Of a DNA stretch of 64,000 bases, positions 48,601 to 61,500 are shown piece after piece. Both the position numbers and the translations under genes were made by a program. Location: NCBI GenBank assembly GCA_965637545.1, contig OZ281500.1, positions 4,588,001-4,652,000 of the forward strand. Direction: 5' to 3'. The notes beneath the pieces were generated by a model, which was not told where the DNA came from, did not search any database, and saw nothing but the letters and a program-made list of their open reading frames with translations. The number at the start of each line of letters is the position of its first letter. The first letter of the stretch is position 1. This DNA is from Phallusia mammillata (lineage: Eukaryota).

Positions 48601-51600
48601 GCTGGTCACACGGTTACCACCAAAACTTTGATTCACAAAATTGTTTTCAACCGAATTAGCGGAGTCGTTTATAACGTCACAAAAACCCCCACGTTACGCG
48701 TTTGACGTAAGCACGCGAGTTATGATGCCAAACAAACAGTTACGCGACTGCAACAGAATATGTGTTCTTATGTGGGTGTTATTATTGTCTTGGTGGACGT
48801 TGATAAAATTGTCATTAGGACTTATTAAACACATTTTTGTACATTTCATCACGTGACAGACGCTCTAATATCGCTGTAACAAAAAAATCAAATTCGGTTT
48901 GCTTAAGCGATTTCAAATTATGCTATTAAAAACTATTAAAAACATTAAGCAAGGGGCCGGGAATATTCTTCAATCCACCCTAAGCCTCTCGAAGGCCATA
49001 AAAGCCGAAAGTAACCCTTATGACGTCAAACAGTGAGGTATGACGTAGATCGGTCGTTGCGGGCAAGGATTTGCATCATGTGTGCAACGGTCAAATTGTG
49101 ATGTTGTCAATTAAACTGCATTTGACAAAGTCACGTCAGCGCAAAACAGAAAGCTTTTTGAAAACTGTCTTGGGCAGACGTAAGAAATAAACTGTAAATT
49201 GATGGAATGGATACCCAAATTTTATTGGGTATCCATTTTCGTAAAAAATGCGTATACCAAAATCCTATTAAGAAACTTAATACTCTTTAATCTGAGAAAA
49301 GTGAATGAGCTAAAAAATGAGGACACATTTTTAAAACATTTTTGAAGACCACAATTTTTGGGCTTTTTAGAGGCTTTTAAAGCGGCTTTTATGTTATAGC
49401 AAGACATGCTTTATACCACTTGTAAATCAACTTAATATTCACTATCACATTAATAACATTTCAATCAATACATTGGTAGTCGTATTACTTAGCACTACAT
49501 GCCTACGTTCATCTCATCAAGAATCGATCAAGACGCTTTCCCTGTCACTTTGTCGTATTCATATCATCGATTTTATGTTGGCATTTTTCGACATGCTGGG
49601 TTATAAAAAAAGGTGTGATGTATGTGAGTCTATATGATACCGAATAAAGATTTGTTAGGTATTTTTATGAAAAGGAGCCTTCGCAAACAAAATACAAAAC
49701 GTTATGAGCGTTTATACATAAGGCGTTATGAAGGTGCATTTTTTCTACTTCTGGCCTTTTAAAATTAGTTTCCCAAAAAATAACGACATGCACGTTTTAA
49801 AGCGCTTCACATATTGACCTTTGTTTCCCATCAGTTACATGTTTTAAGATTGTACTAACTAGACAATTTGAAAAAGTTTTCAACGTTTATTTTAAAAACT
49901 CACAAGGCCACTACTTCCTAAATATTGACCACGTCAATATAACAACAGGCCTTAATTCGTTTTGTTCAAAACACCTGTCCGTTAACCACAGGGACGTTAA
50001 CTTGATTGTAAACAAATCGTTATATACCCTTTCTTGCCTTGCGTGGCACCTAATTCCCTGAGTGAATTCCAAATATTGATCCTACCAATCCAATTACAAC
50101 CCATTTGCCCAACGAGCTCATGACAAAGGCCTTCTCTCTATATATATACGTGTCGTGTTTGGCTTTGTCCTCGCCTAATTTCCTATTTTGTTCTCACAAA
50201 TATCTCGCCTTCCAGACTTCGGGTTCAAAGTCTAGCTCTTCCGGTTGGTGTGTTTTTAACGGAATTGGCGTTGCCCTTAGCAACAGCGACACCCGGTGTG
50301 TGACGTCATAATTTGTTGGCACTGCGTATTTGTTTTTTCTGCTATGTTTTGCTCAGGAGGTGCGTCAAAGCAGATTATGTATTGCGACGCGTTTTTGTCG
50401 TCCCTGACGTTATCGGTTACGAAGCAGTTGTTTGAACGCGCTAAACAGCAGCGGCTCTCAACTCGTTTCAGGCCATGGACCACCAGTTCAATTAAATGAA
50501 TAAATTAAATCATCCATATGGAAGAAAGCATCCATAACAAGCACAATAGCTTGGAATATATTCCTTCAAAAAAAAATTCGAGGAGTGATATCAAACAACT
50601 GACAGCTAACAAAAATGGCCAAAATAAGCTTTTTGGATAAGCTTTTTTTGGTACTGAATATATAATAAATGGCATGCAACTATTTCCAGTTTATCACCAA
50701 TTATAATTAACGTTCTGTGGACCACTCAAAAAGTCATCACGGACCACCGGTTGAGAACCACTGCCATATAGCATGCTTTCGTTGTTTGTTACATAAGTTT
50801 TTAAAAAATTCCTCATCACAATATTTTAATTAATTCAACGACGCATTTAAACTCGACTGAAAAATAACCAAAACTCTTCTTTTTAGGATTGGGCTTTCGA
50901 TGACGGTGCCGCCCCACCTAGAGAAGTCGTCGATGATTGGTTAAAATTGCTTAAAGCCCATTACAAGGAAAGCCCAGACAATTGTATTGCAGTACATTGT
51001 GTGGCAGGCCTCGGAAGGTTAGTGAAACAGTCCATATTTGATCTTACTCTATGACCCAGTATTGTTTATAGACTATGTCGTGACATCTTTTATGCGTAGT
51101 ACGCTGCCTTAAAAGCAGTGTTTTATACAGAACCGAAATAAATATTTTTTGTCTCAAATGCCGGAACGAAATTCCGAAATAATAAATATTCAAAATACCG
51201 TAACGGAACTTAATACTGTTATTTTTATTTCGGTATTTCGTCATAGACATTTTACAAAGAAAAATATGCTGAAACATTTGCGCCGTTGGCCATAAAAAAA
51301 CACTCAACAATGTTCCATCTGTTTTGACTATCAGTGACAAATGTGACGTAATAACTACCGACAATAATTGCTGTGTGATGTAACTTTTTGTCTTTGTGCG
51401 TGAAGAACCCAAAGAAATGTTCGTTTTTTAAAACCGAAGAATACGGTTAAAAGTTTGTTTCGGTCAGACCGGAACGAAACGAAATGAAAATATCGGTCAA
51501 GAACGAATTCACGAAATAAAGTAATTTGCACAGAACGAATAACGTTATTTCGTTCCGTTCCGGTATAAAACACTGCTTAAAAGTATTTCAAGAAATTCTA

Positions 51601-54600
51601 TTTTAGTTAACCTCGACACAGTAACATTCGCAAAGGTTACTGGGAAATCTGTTTTAGGCGGATTAGGTCGTTTGCATTCAACGGGGCCACATTTTAATGC
51701 GTCGACCTTGTTAATACCGGGGCTATTTATAAAGAACAAAAGTAATTGGCTAATAAGCAAGGTGCAGATCGATAACTAGACGAGGTTCTCCCCAATTTAT
51801 ATATTTTGAGGTTATGCGGTCGATGCTATACGTAATTATGGGTCCCCTTCTATGAAGGGGACACATATTGTTTTTGTCCGTATTTTTTTTTCTGTCTAAC
51901 GCTGGTTTGTTAAACGCGTTTGGTCAAGAAAGAGTGCTCCAAATTTAATAAAATGTACACAAATGTTAGTTATTAATCCAAATTTGATCCTCCTGAAGTT
52001 TGACCCCAAATGACCCAGCGGTTCACCCCCCCCCCCCCCCAAAAAAAAAATTAGAAACGGCTGTACTAACTAAAGTACATAATCTGCGAGTTTCATGGTT
52101 TGTTGGTTGGTGCAATGTAAGGTATTCTAAAGAATTCTGTAACTTTTTATTGGATTCACCCATTTTACCCCTTAAAACCCCAAATAATAAGTTTTAGGCC
52201 AAAAATACAAGCCCTAATGTGCTGAAATGTTAAACAATTGTTTGCAGTAGGTCATTCGTTCAGTATTTAAAATTTTGTTTTAATCGGCCAAATAGTTAGT
52301 TTTACAGCCCATAATATGTGTACACTGTCAGTCAGATAGAAGTCTCAACTCTCAAGGGAGTAATTCACTTCTTTACGATTAAGCCGGGTGAATGCAGTGG
52401 GATTGCTCAGCTTGACGTCCGGACAGACATTTTACGAGACAGTCGTTTCGGTGATTAGAAATCAGCTGTTTTTGCGCAGCTACGCTATGTCGTTTTATTA
52501 AGTATCAAGCACATTTTCAGTTGTGGAAAATTGTGCTAAAAACTGACCTTGAACGACAATATCAAGGTCAAAGCATGAAATTAAATTAAAAGTATTTTTC
52601 CCGTTCTTATGTACCGTTTTTTTGTAATTATATGACATCAATGATGCAAAAAGAATACGGACAAAACTTTTAAAGCTGGGTTATTACTAAAGTTGGTTAA
52701 GTTTTTTCTTAAGAATCTAAAAATAACCAGGACGTTAAATCCGCACAAACGCGCGTGTGGGGACCCATCTGTTTTTGCTTGCAAAAACAATCATAAATGT
52801 AGATCAAATGATGTGTATAGTAAATTGGTAAATATCGTATAGAACAGTGTTTCTCAACCTGGGGGTCGCGACCCCCCAAGGGGTCGCCAAGCACTTTTGA
52901 AGGGGTCGCGAAGACGCAACCGAACACGGAATTATTTTATCTGTATCAAAAAAACTTTCCCTGTGACTTTTGTTTAGCATATAGTAACTCACACGACCGT
53001 TTGATTTAGAACGGGCGCAACAATATTTGCGATTGTATACTTCTATAATTGCGGGTTTTGGTTTTTCTTAACATAAAAAAAACACGAAATAGTGAAATAG
53101 TTAGTGAAAAATAGGCGTTTTCCGGAATACAGCACATCGCCGAACTATTGCAGCCACGTTAGATTGCAAATGTGTGATGAAAACAATCAACACATGCTGG
53201 TAGTTACACTTCCTGTGTGTGTGCGTGTGTAAAGGGGTCGCGTGGTGTTAGAAAATCTCTAAAGGGGGTCGCATAGTAAAAAAGGTTGAGAACCACTGGT
53301 ATAGAATATATAAAATGGAAGTATATCAGAAAGCCACCTTTCTAGTTATATTTACCACAAAGCTGTCTAAATCGGGAATTTAATTTTAATGTTCTTCGTT
53401 TCTGGTGTTCAGGAACGTGTAAATGCATTGGGTTTTTTGTGGGTCGATAATCAACACATCATAAAATGGTACTTGTTTTAGTGAGTCAATTTTGCTTGAT
53501 AAATAAGGTGCAGTGAACGCAAAGGGTGCCGGGGGTTAAATTCCCGTAAAATGGAAAACAGTGTGCTGAAAAGCAATCGAACAGTTAAAATGGTAAATGT
53601 GAAGGTAACGAAAAGATGTGAAGAGGAATTAAAGTGAAAAACAGGATCGTGAAATTAAGGTAAATACGTTTTTGGAAAATGAGCACCCACGCAGGAAACA
53701 ACTCTTGATAAACAAACTTAGTAAATTAAAGACAATACAAGACACAGGTGACTAATATGAAACAAGGTGATAACGTAACGACACAAAAATTATGGTAACA
53801 AAGGCATCAATACAATTAACACGCCACGTAATACAGTGAGCGCAGCTGGTACAGTTTAAAACATCCAAATTTTCTCGTATTAAGGTATTACCTGCAGTTG
53901 CAGTATTGGTCTCTTCTTAGGTTACCGAGTTTTGTCAAAGAAATTCCCTATTTTGAGTTTGTCCATACTGTTTTCTTTTTTCTGTCTAACGCTGGTTTGC
54001 TCCTACTGTTAGGTTAAGAAAGAGTGCTCCAAACTCATGAAAATTTACACACATGCTAGTTAGTTGTCAAAACGTGATCCTCCCAAAGTTTGACCCCGAA
54101 TAACCAAGCAATTTTTATACATTACCTGTTGTAGTACGAGGCAAGCGAAAAATAATTTTGAATCTACCAAACACAATTGTCAACAAGACAAAGATAACAA
54201 AGTTGTTTTTCAGTTTTAGTCTTGTTTTTTTAACAATAACCCCAATATCTATCCATAATTGTTCCACAGGGCTCCTGTATTGGTGGCTTTGGCTTTAATG
54301 GAAAGCGGAATGAGATACGAAGACGCAGTGGAACTTATTCGCCAGTAAGTTTGTTCAACATAATGTGTGATGCTTTTACCAGCATCGTGTGCAATAATTA
54401 CTACTGTATCAGGACGGGGCTCAAATTTGTTCTCTAGTGCTCTACTTATGATATGTACCCAATATCTTATGTCACGTTTTTGCTAATATAATGTCATTCG
54501 TACCCTACGTTAAACCACTAGTATCTTTTTTGTATGCACCCAACCAAAAAATCAAATGTCACCAATGCAGTAATATGAATATCCTGTTATCCAAAAAAAA

Positions 54601-54982
54601 ATATGTCGTAAAAATAAAAAAGCTTAAAAACAATCAAAGAATATAAAACGGTTTTAAAGGTTATTAACCCTTTAAGAAATTGATCCCTTAAGTAAGACTA
54701 TTACAACACGACAAAGCATTTGTTTCAGAAAGATACGATTTTGAAAGCTAGAATGACGAATGTAAAGTCCTTTTAGCAAATGCAGATATGTCCGTAACCC
54801 CGTGGTGAAATCCCTGACTTCCTCCCCGGGAATTTCCCGCATATTTAAACGCAAGATTTTTCCCCAGGAAAAGGCGAGGGGCGATCAACAGCAAACAGCT
54901 GCAATACCTTGAGAAATACAGGCCAAAGTACTGCCTCAAGACAAGGGACAATGGACGAAATGGTGGATGCTGTGTGCAGTAG
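42678..54982 (+). CDS. PTP4A1: Phosphatase of regenerating liver (PRL / PTP4A), 172 aa
   Basis: Exons 42678-42782, 46703-46795, 50887-51017, 54270-54344, 54868-54982; 519 nt. [11 protein letters not shown] start, RVCE redox Cys, WAFDDG acid loop, [10 protein letters not shown]5R motif, C-terminal CaaX CCVQ. Probably co-orthologous to PTP4A1/2/3. Confidence 0.97.
46222..46545. mobile_element. Degraded ccga-motif element (copy 3 of 3, inverted relative to copy 1)
   Basis: ccaagttgtcagttgggccgggcttttcgggg...ttcgggcttg is the approximate reverse complement of 6337-6382. ccaatttcagacc matches the reverse complement of ~6184-6196. Confidence 0.55.
47074..47402. mobile_element. hAT/Buster-type MITE, 329 bp (copy B)
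   Basis: TIRs cagtggttcccaaact / agtttgggaacccctg; perfect TSD gtctacga; near-identical to 26964-27295. Confidence 0.95.
50449..50763. mobile_element. Older hAT/Buster-type MITE
   Basis: Ends cagcggctctcaac / gttgagaaccactg. Flanks ctaaacag vs ccatatag match only partly (5/8). Confidence 0.6.
51116..51575. mobile_element. hAT (Ac-subfamily-like) MITE, 460 bp
   Basis: Perfect 13-bp TIR cagtgttttatac; perfect TSD cttaaaag (nTnnnnAn pattern); repeated cggaacgaaa / ccgttcc subterminal motifs. Confidence 0.93.
51836..52700 (+). mobile_element. Helentron-associated (HINE/DINE-1-like) non-autonomous element
   Basis: 5' hairpin gtccccttc-tat-gaaggggac (51842-51862). 12-bp sub-terminal inverted repeat ttttgtccgtat (~51872-51883) / atacggacaaaa (52655-52666). 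No TSD. A second, partial copy lies at ~53915-54115. Boundaries approximate. Confidence 0.55.
52845..53298. mobile_element. hAT/Buster-type MITE, 454 bp
   Basis: TIRs cagtgtttctcaacct / aggttgagaaccactg; perfect TSD gtatagaa; ggggtcgcg subterminal repeats. Confidence 0.93.
53915..54115 (+). repeat. Partial second copy of the HINE-like element core
   Basis: Shares tttttctgtctaacgctggtttg, aagaaagagtgctccaaa and tgatcctcc..aagtttgacccc with 51880-52015. Confidence 0.7.
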
Positions 54983-56398
54983 CGCCCCCTAGTGCCGGGA
55001 TGGCGTCGTCCACTATATACACGTGACGTCACAAGCATTTTTAACTTCTATTCTTCCTGTTTGTTGCTCCAACTCAAAACGTATTTTTTTGCGCTTTTTT
55101 TCGCAACATGGAATCTTTCAACTTTTGTTACGCGAATACGTCACATACGTTCTTTGTGATGTCATAATACCTTCATAGATGCTTTGAAACTCTTTAACGG
55201 TTGGAATGTAGGTGTTGGTCTTTCAATGCAATTTTGGCAGCATATTTTAGGTGCATCGGCAAGGATTTTAATGGGTTATACTATTAAGTCACCAGTATTA
55301 TACGTATATATGCTGGTAATAGTCGTGGTGGTTATCAACCGTATCTGTTTTCGTATGCTTTTGATTTTCAATGGGGTCAAATTTTTAAATTCAAGTCTGC
55401 AGTATTCAAAAATGAAATGACTAATGAATTGTATTTTAAAAAAAACCTGATGATATAATTTGTGAAGCCGCCGTTCCAGGTTTAATGCTGCAACAAAGTA
55501 TGTCTAAAAAGTGATTTCGGGTTATTTGGATCCGAACAAAAAGATTTGCACATGTCATTGCTTGTAGCGTTGCCACTGGTCCATGAAGTTGTGAGGCCGC
55601 CGCTTTAGTTATCCTCGCGTAGGCAATTTCGATGCACGGCTTAAAAGATTTGCTAAAACGTAATGTTTCGTGTGTTAACAAACTCATTGAAACGACTTCA
55701 GTCCTGAAAGAGTTATAATGACTAATGTTTTGTTGATTGTTTTCGCTACTTTATCCTTACTAATCACAAACATGTTGGTGACGTTGGAGCGTTATTTGTC
55801 GAGATGGGTGACGTCAGATTTACGTCATGCTATGTTGCACGCTAGATAATTTCCGTTTCAAGACTAATAGCACAGAACTAAAATTTTTTTTTGAGGAGAC
55901 GACTGTTTTATCAACGTGCTATGAAACGTTTGCAAATATTTGTGATTTAAAAAAATAGCAGTGTTTGTTTTCTTCCAATACTAAACTGCTTCATCGACAG
56001 TGAGAGATGTGTTACATTTTATGGCCCTTCTGAAAAAAGTCAAAATGTCTGTGTTATGACGTCACACAAATTAAAACTGCCCTTCATTGATCAAATCCGG
56101 GCAGGGCATGGAATGTTTTTTATTTTTATCTTGCTTGTGTTGAAACTGTTGCAGTTTTTTTGGTTTTTGCATTGGGAAGTGCCTGCAGAAACAAAATACC
56201 TGTTTAATGGCAATTGTGGTCGACTAAAGTTTGTGAATAAGGGAAAATGTAAAGGTCCGGAAAACTTTTTTTTATCAGTGCGACTTCGAGAGGTCCTGTT
56301 CTCTCGGAGCTGCGCACAGCCGAAGTTTGCTTTGTTTGCACGTTATTGGCGTTTACTCCTGTTTCATTGTTATTTTGCTGCCTCGATCGCGGGGTTAA

Positions 56399-56450
56399 CC
56401 CTTTTTGACGCGATGGGACTCACAAAAAATCGTCCCACCGTCGAAGAGGG
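56399..56450. mobile_element. 52-bp piggyBac-like miniature element / hairpin
   Basis: TTAA|CCC ... GGG|TTAA. The arms ccctttttgacgcgatgggac and gtcccaccgtcgaagaggg are imperfectly complementary. Confidence 0.6.
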
Positions 56451-57048
56451 TTAACCTGCCACGAATGCCCCAAATAAATTGTTGCGAAAACCAGTTTTCC
56501 TTGTTTTAATATATCCAACGTTCTTGTGTACTTAGTCAGGTTTAGGAGCGGACAGTTGCTAACAAGAGACCTGGTGTGTCGCTGGCCGGTACTCTATACT
56601 GAAACTTAAAGTAAGAGGCGTAGGGATTGTTTTTTCAGATATCCCGCAACCAATTAACATTAGGCGAGGTGTACAAAAACGAAACGCGATAATTGTCGGC
56701 CAGATTTTTCGTAAAGAAATTTAGGTTGGGTGTTTAGTGGAAGGCGCTAATTAACTTTTGGCGTTTACTTAGAAGAAGATTTTAAATTGTTTAAAAATGC
56801 TAAAAAAGGTGAGTCTGTTGTATTTTTTACAAACTAAATGGTTACAAATGAAATCGATCGTGCTTAAATCCGTGTATCGAAATAATAATTTCGTACAAAA
56901 ATCATCATTCATATCGGACAAACTACGCAAACTGATGATAACAGTTAGTTGTGGAGTCTTAGCTTAAAAAGCGCAGCCCTTTAGGGAAGAAAAGCCAGCA
57001 CTTCAAGTATTGCGTTGGTAAGGATGTACAAAAAAGTAGACCATAGGC

Positions 57049-57326
57049 CAATGGTTCTCAACTGGTGGTCAATGATGACTTTTTATGTGGTCCACAGGAC
57101 GTTAATTATATTTGATGATAAAATGGAATTAGTTGCATACATTTTATTAATATTCGGTGCGAAAAAAAAACTTGTCCAAATTAATGGCTATTTAATGTTA
57201 CTCGCCAGTTTTTTGATTACTCTACGAAATTCTTTTTTTCAAAACTTTACTCATCAATCGACTGGTTTACGATATTAATTTGAATGAAATGGTGGTCCAT
57301 GACCTGTAACGAGTTGAGAACTATTG
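57049..57326. mobile_element. Degraded hAT/Buster-type MITE
   Basis: Ends caatggttctcaac / gttgagaactattg; flanks do not match. Confidence 0.55.
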
Positions 57327-58532
57327 TATATGACAAGAGACAACAAAGTAGCACCCAGCTGCAGTTATGTTCATGCGCCATAAATGCGAAATAAGTGATA
57401 TGATCAGCTAAAATGGTCCAGTAATTTCAGCAACCGCCTGAGCTTCAAAAGACATCGAGTCCCAGTGAAAGTTTATGGTAATAGGTTGAATTAAAGCATA
57501 TCAACCCCGGTTAAGAAAATAGGAAATCTTATGGAAAATATTAATTACATGGTTGCATAAAACTAAAAACCTTGACCATTTTGGGATGATGTTCAACTTT
57601 CCAAGCCTTCGGTTGTTGTCATGTGGTCGTCGAAACAACTGCAAAGGCAATCCCCAATGGATTAAAACTGCTGTGTGATCTCTATGCTAACGTCGCACGT
57701 GAGTCACGAGATTTCCTGTATAATCGTGACGTAAATGCGTTACTTTTTCAAAGCATTGCTGGTAGACAATAGAATTGGACAAAGTTTGGACAAAGAGTTT
57801 CGAGACATCAGATCTATTATTTTTCTTTTTGGTAAGAACTTTCTTTCATAACAAAAAGTTATTGTGCATGCTTGTTTGTTTTACGATAAGATTCAACGCC
57901 CTAATAGTTAAAGTACGTGCATAATTTAAAACGGTACAATTTTTACCTTGTTTCAATGTTTTGAAGTTTAAATAGTCAAGACTAGATGTAAGTAACGTAT
58001 ACGTATCATGAATCGCTGTGAAACCCAGTCACATGACAAAATTACATTGATCAATTGTTTCGGACTAGGGCAGGCAAAACTTACGTAAAATGATTGCGCA
58101 AAGTTGTTATTTCAACTTATTAAACACTTTTTAAGATGTTTTGTTGATTTATTTATTTCAATTGATTACTGTTTTGCAATAACTGATTTTTAAAGGTTGA
58201 TTTTGTTAGTTTTTTTATAGCAGTACTTTGCTGTTTCGTAGATATAATATACGCTAGTACGATTTTTGTTGTCTCTGCGTAAGTGTTGTTAACTTGTGAT
58301 CCCCCAACAACTTGTCGGATTGTTTAGGTTTTTAGCAACAAAACTCTTATTTTCAGCTTATTGGCGTGTTTATTTTTGATTTGTAAATATACATGGACGT
58401 TGGTAAAACCGTTTGAGCATAACTAACATGTAAAAAAAAGTTTGAAAGTTACTGAGTACTTTTTGTGTCTCCTTTCTAATTTCAATTTTATATTTTTATT
58501 ACAGTTCTTTTAAACAGCTGTAACCAATTAGA

Positions 58533-61500
58533 ATGAAGATGGGCTTAAGCGATGCTGATGTTAAAAAGCAGGTGGGTTGTGGATTTTTTATTTGATGTGA
58601 TCCATTTTGTCAAAAAAGGCTAATGTATATTAAAACACAGCTTACCGGTAATTATCAATTTCTAGTGACATCTGTTATTTCACATCACAATCAGAGCAAC
58701 AATTTTTGCCCTAAATAAAGTGCCCTAAAATGCTTAACTTAAACAAAAAACTAATCTTTTTGTTAATAATTTTATACAGAATTTGTCTTATATTTTTTTT
58801 GTAGATTGAGCATATGATAGCATTTATAGACCAAGAAGCAGATGAAAAAGTTGATGAAATTAATGCCAAGGTATGTCATTGTAGTGTTCTTTAGCTGAAC
58901 TGTGAATTGTGGTTTGTGTCTTGTTTTGTCCACAATGAAAATTTTTCTTTTACAGGCCGAAGAAGAATTTGAAATTGAAAAAAGTCGCTTGGTTCAACAA
59001 CAAAGGCAAAAAATAATGTCATTTTATGAGAGAAAAGAAAAACAATTAGAACAACAGAAAAAAGTGTAAGAAATGTTATTACTTGTAAAAGTTATTTTGT
59101 GCAAAACAATGGAATCTGATGTTTTTGTCAAAATATATTGTGTATTTGGCGATCATACATGTTTTTATATGCCCCTCTGCCAAAATATAATGTAACAAGA
59201 GTTAATCCTCACTTTTGTTTTAAGAAACATGAACTTGTTGTACTTGTAAGTTTACACACAGCATAGATTTCGCTGTGACTAAAACTTTTGATCCTGGTTC
59301 GCCTAATTCAAAGGTGGGCAATCTTTTTACATACACTGGCCAAAGAAGCAGTGATATTGCGGGTGTGGGCTGCAATGATGCCATTGCATTAACATAGTGT
59401 GTAGGTAACTCAAATTTAAGTATTTGTCCAATGTGAACATGTACAATTGTCACATAAACTACAGTACTTGATTGCTAAAACTTTACCCTTGGACCGGTTT
59501 TGTTAGATGAGTAACAATCAGGCCCAACCACACTGTAATTTACAACACAGTCCAAAGGCTAGCACCCACACAATAATTTTGTCTTTGTTCATAGCAATGC
59601 CTACTCTTGGAAATAACTATTTGCATTTAGTTTAAAAACTCTTTGGTATATAAAAGAGACATAACACAAAAATTTTATCTGGCTGATAAAGAATAAAATA
59701 TGAAATGTTAATGCTGTCAGGGGCCGGATGCATGAAGCAGTTGGAATGTGGTTGTAGGCCGCTCATAGGGATCTGGCTCATGGGCTGTAGGTTGCCCACC
59801 CTTGACCTAACCTTTCGCCTATGGGCACTCCATAATATTGTTCCACCATGTTTGATAACCTATGGTTTATATTAAAATGCAAAGTGTTTGATAGTAACTC
59901 TTAGCTTTTTTAATTTGATTAAGACTAATATATTTAACTGCACTATTGCTTTACAACATAACCTTTTGTTTTGTGCAGGCAACAGTCTCAATTGGTCAAT
60001 GCAGCAAGGTTAAAAATTCTCAAGGTTCGAGAAGACCACATTGAGGTAAGTTTAATTATGACAAAAAAACTTCATCAAAGGGCAATTCACCAGGTTCATG
60101 TTTGCAAGTGTCGTGTTGTAGAAATTGAAGTCCTCAAACTAAATTTAATTTTACATCAACGTACTATTTAGGCAATACTGAATGAAGCTCGAAGCAGGTT
60201 AAGTGAAATACAACATGACAAAGCCCGGTACACAGAGCTGATGTCAGGCCTGATTGCTCAAGGGCTGTTCCAAATTCTCGAAGATGTTGTAGTTGTCCAA
60301 TGTGTGAAAGAAGATGTGGACATTGTCAAGGTAAACTAGTGCTATACAACTTCGTAGATACACAGTAGTTCTACAGCAAGAAATGTGTTGGCTAACATAA
60401 TAAACAAACATGTATACCTAAAACTAATTTAGGCCTTCAGTGTATAGTTTATACTACTGAGATGTTTGGAAATTAGATGTTTTGTCAAACAGGACTTGTC
60501 ATTGTAGTAGTGATGGGACGAGTACCCGGTACTCGGTATCGATGGTATCGAACAATTTCGGTGGTATCGATACTCGTACTCGGTATCGAAATATTTTGTC
60601 TCAGTTTTCGATACCAACGTGCGAGTACCAAAGGCCGATTTACACCATAAGAAAACGGGCAACTTTATGACAATATTTGCTTCAGACAGTACAAAATGGG
60701 GAAAAAAGTTCCGCCAGGTTACGTATATTTTTTTCGCTATCACGTGGTGATTAGATTTTTCGGCATATGTGTGTGCAAGCCTGTACCCCGACCATGGCAG
60801 ATAAATTAGACAGTGATATTCAACTAAGCACAACACTATACTTAAGTACTCGGTAATCGTACTCGGTATCGAAGGTATATGCCTGTGGTACTCGTACTCG
60901 GTATCGGTACTCGCTTCAAAACCTGGTATCGTCCCATCACTAGTAGTTAATGTTATCTATGTGGTTAAATACCATTGGCAATTACAGTTATACTGTAGAC
61001 CGTCACACAGGTTTACTATAGGTGTAAATAACAATGTGTAGGGCCTCATCTTTTAGGGGTTTTATTTTGGTCTAATGATTAATATGTTTTTGACTTAGGG
61101 CACAAGGGTGTAATTTGGGTTGATAAGTATTTTTCTGTTTTTTTTGCAAAGATAATCATGCAGCACTAAAGTTGTTAGGGTATTGGTTCAAAATGTATCT
61201 GAGTCTCCAGTTTCTGTGCACAAGCTTAGGTGCAGTTTTCCGAGTACATTAAACTATTATTTCCTGGTATGTTTTAAGTGATGCCTGGTAAGACAGGGGC
61301 TCACTGTGACTTTACATGACCATGTTGCTTGTCTGTTACCCACGATTTGAAAAGACCTAAAGCATTTCTATTCTGTGATTGTGCATTACAGAAAGCAGTG
61401 ACCAAGGCCCATGCTCAGTACAAGAAAGACACTGGTAGCGATGTTAACATTGTGATTAATGAACGTGACTTTTTGACTCCTGACACATGTGGAGGTGTTT

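Noticed and set aside
30307-58533. Ciona-type polycistronic operon of the co-oriented genes
   Set aside because: Stop-to-next-gene distances are 2 kb or more and contain promoter-like motifs and transposons, unlike directly abutting cistrons.
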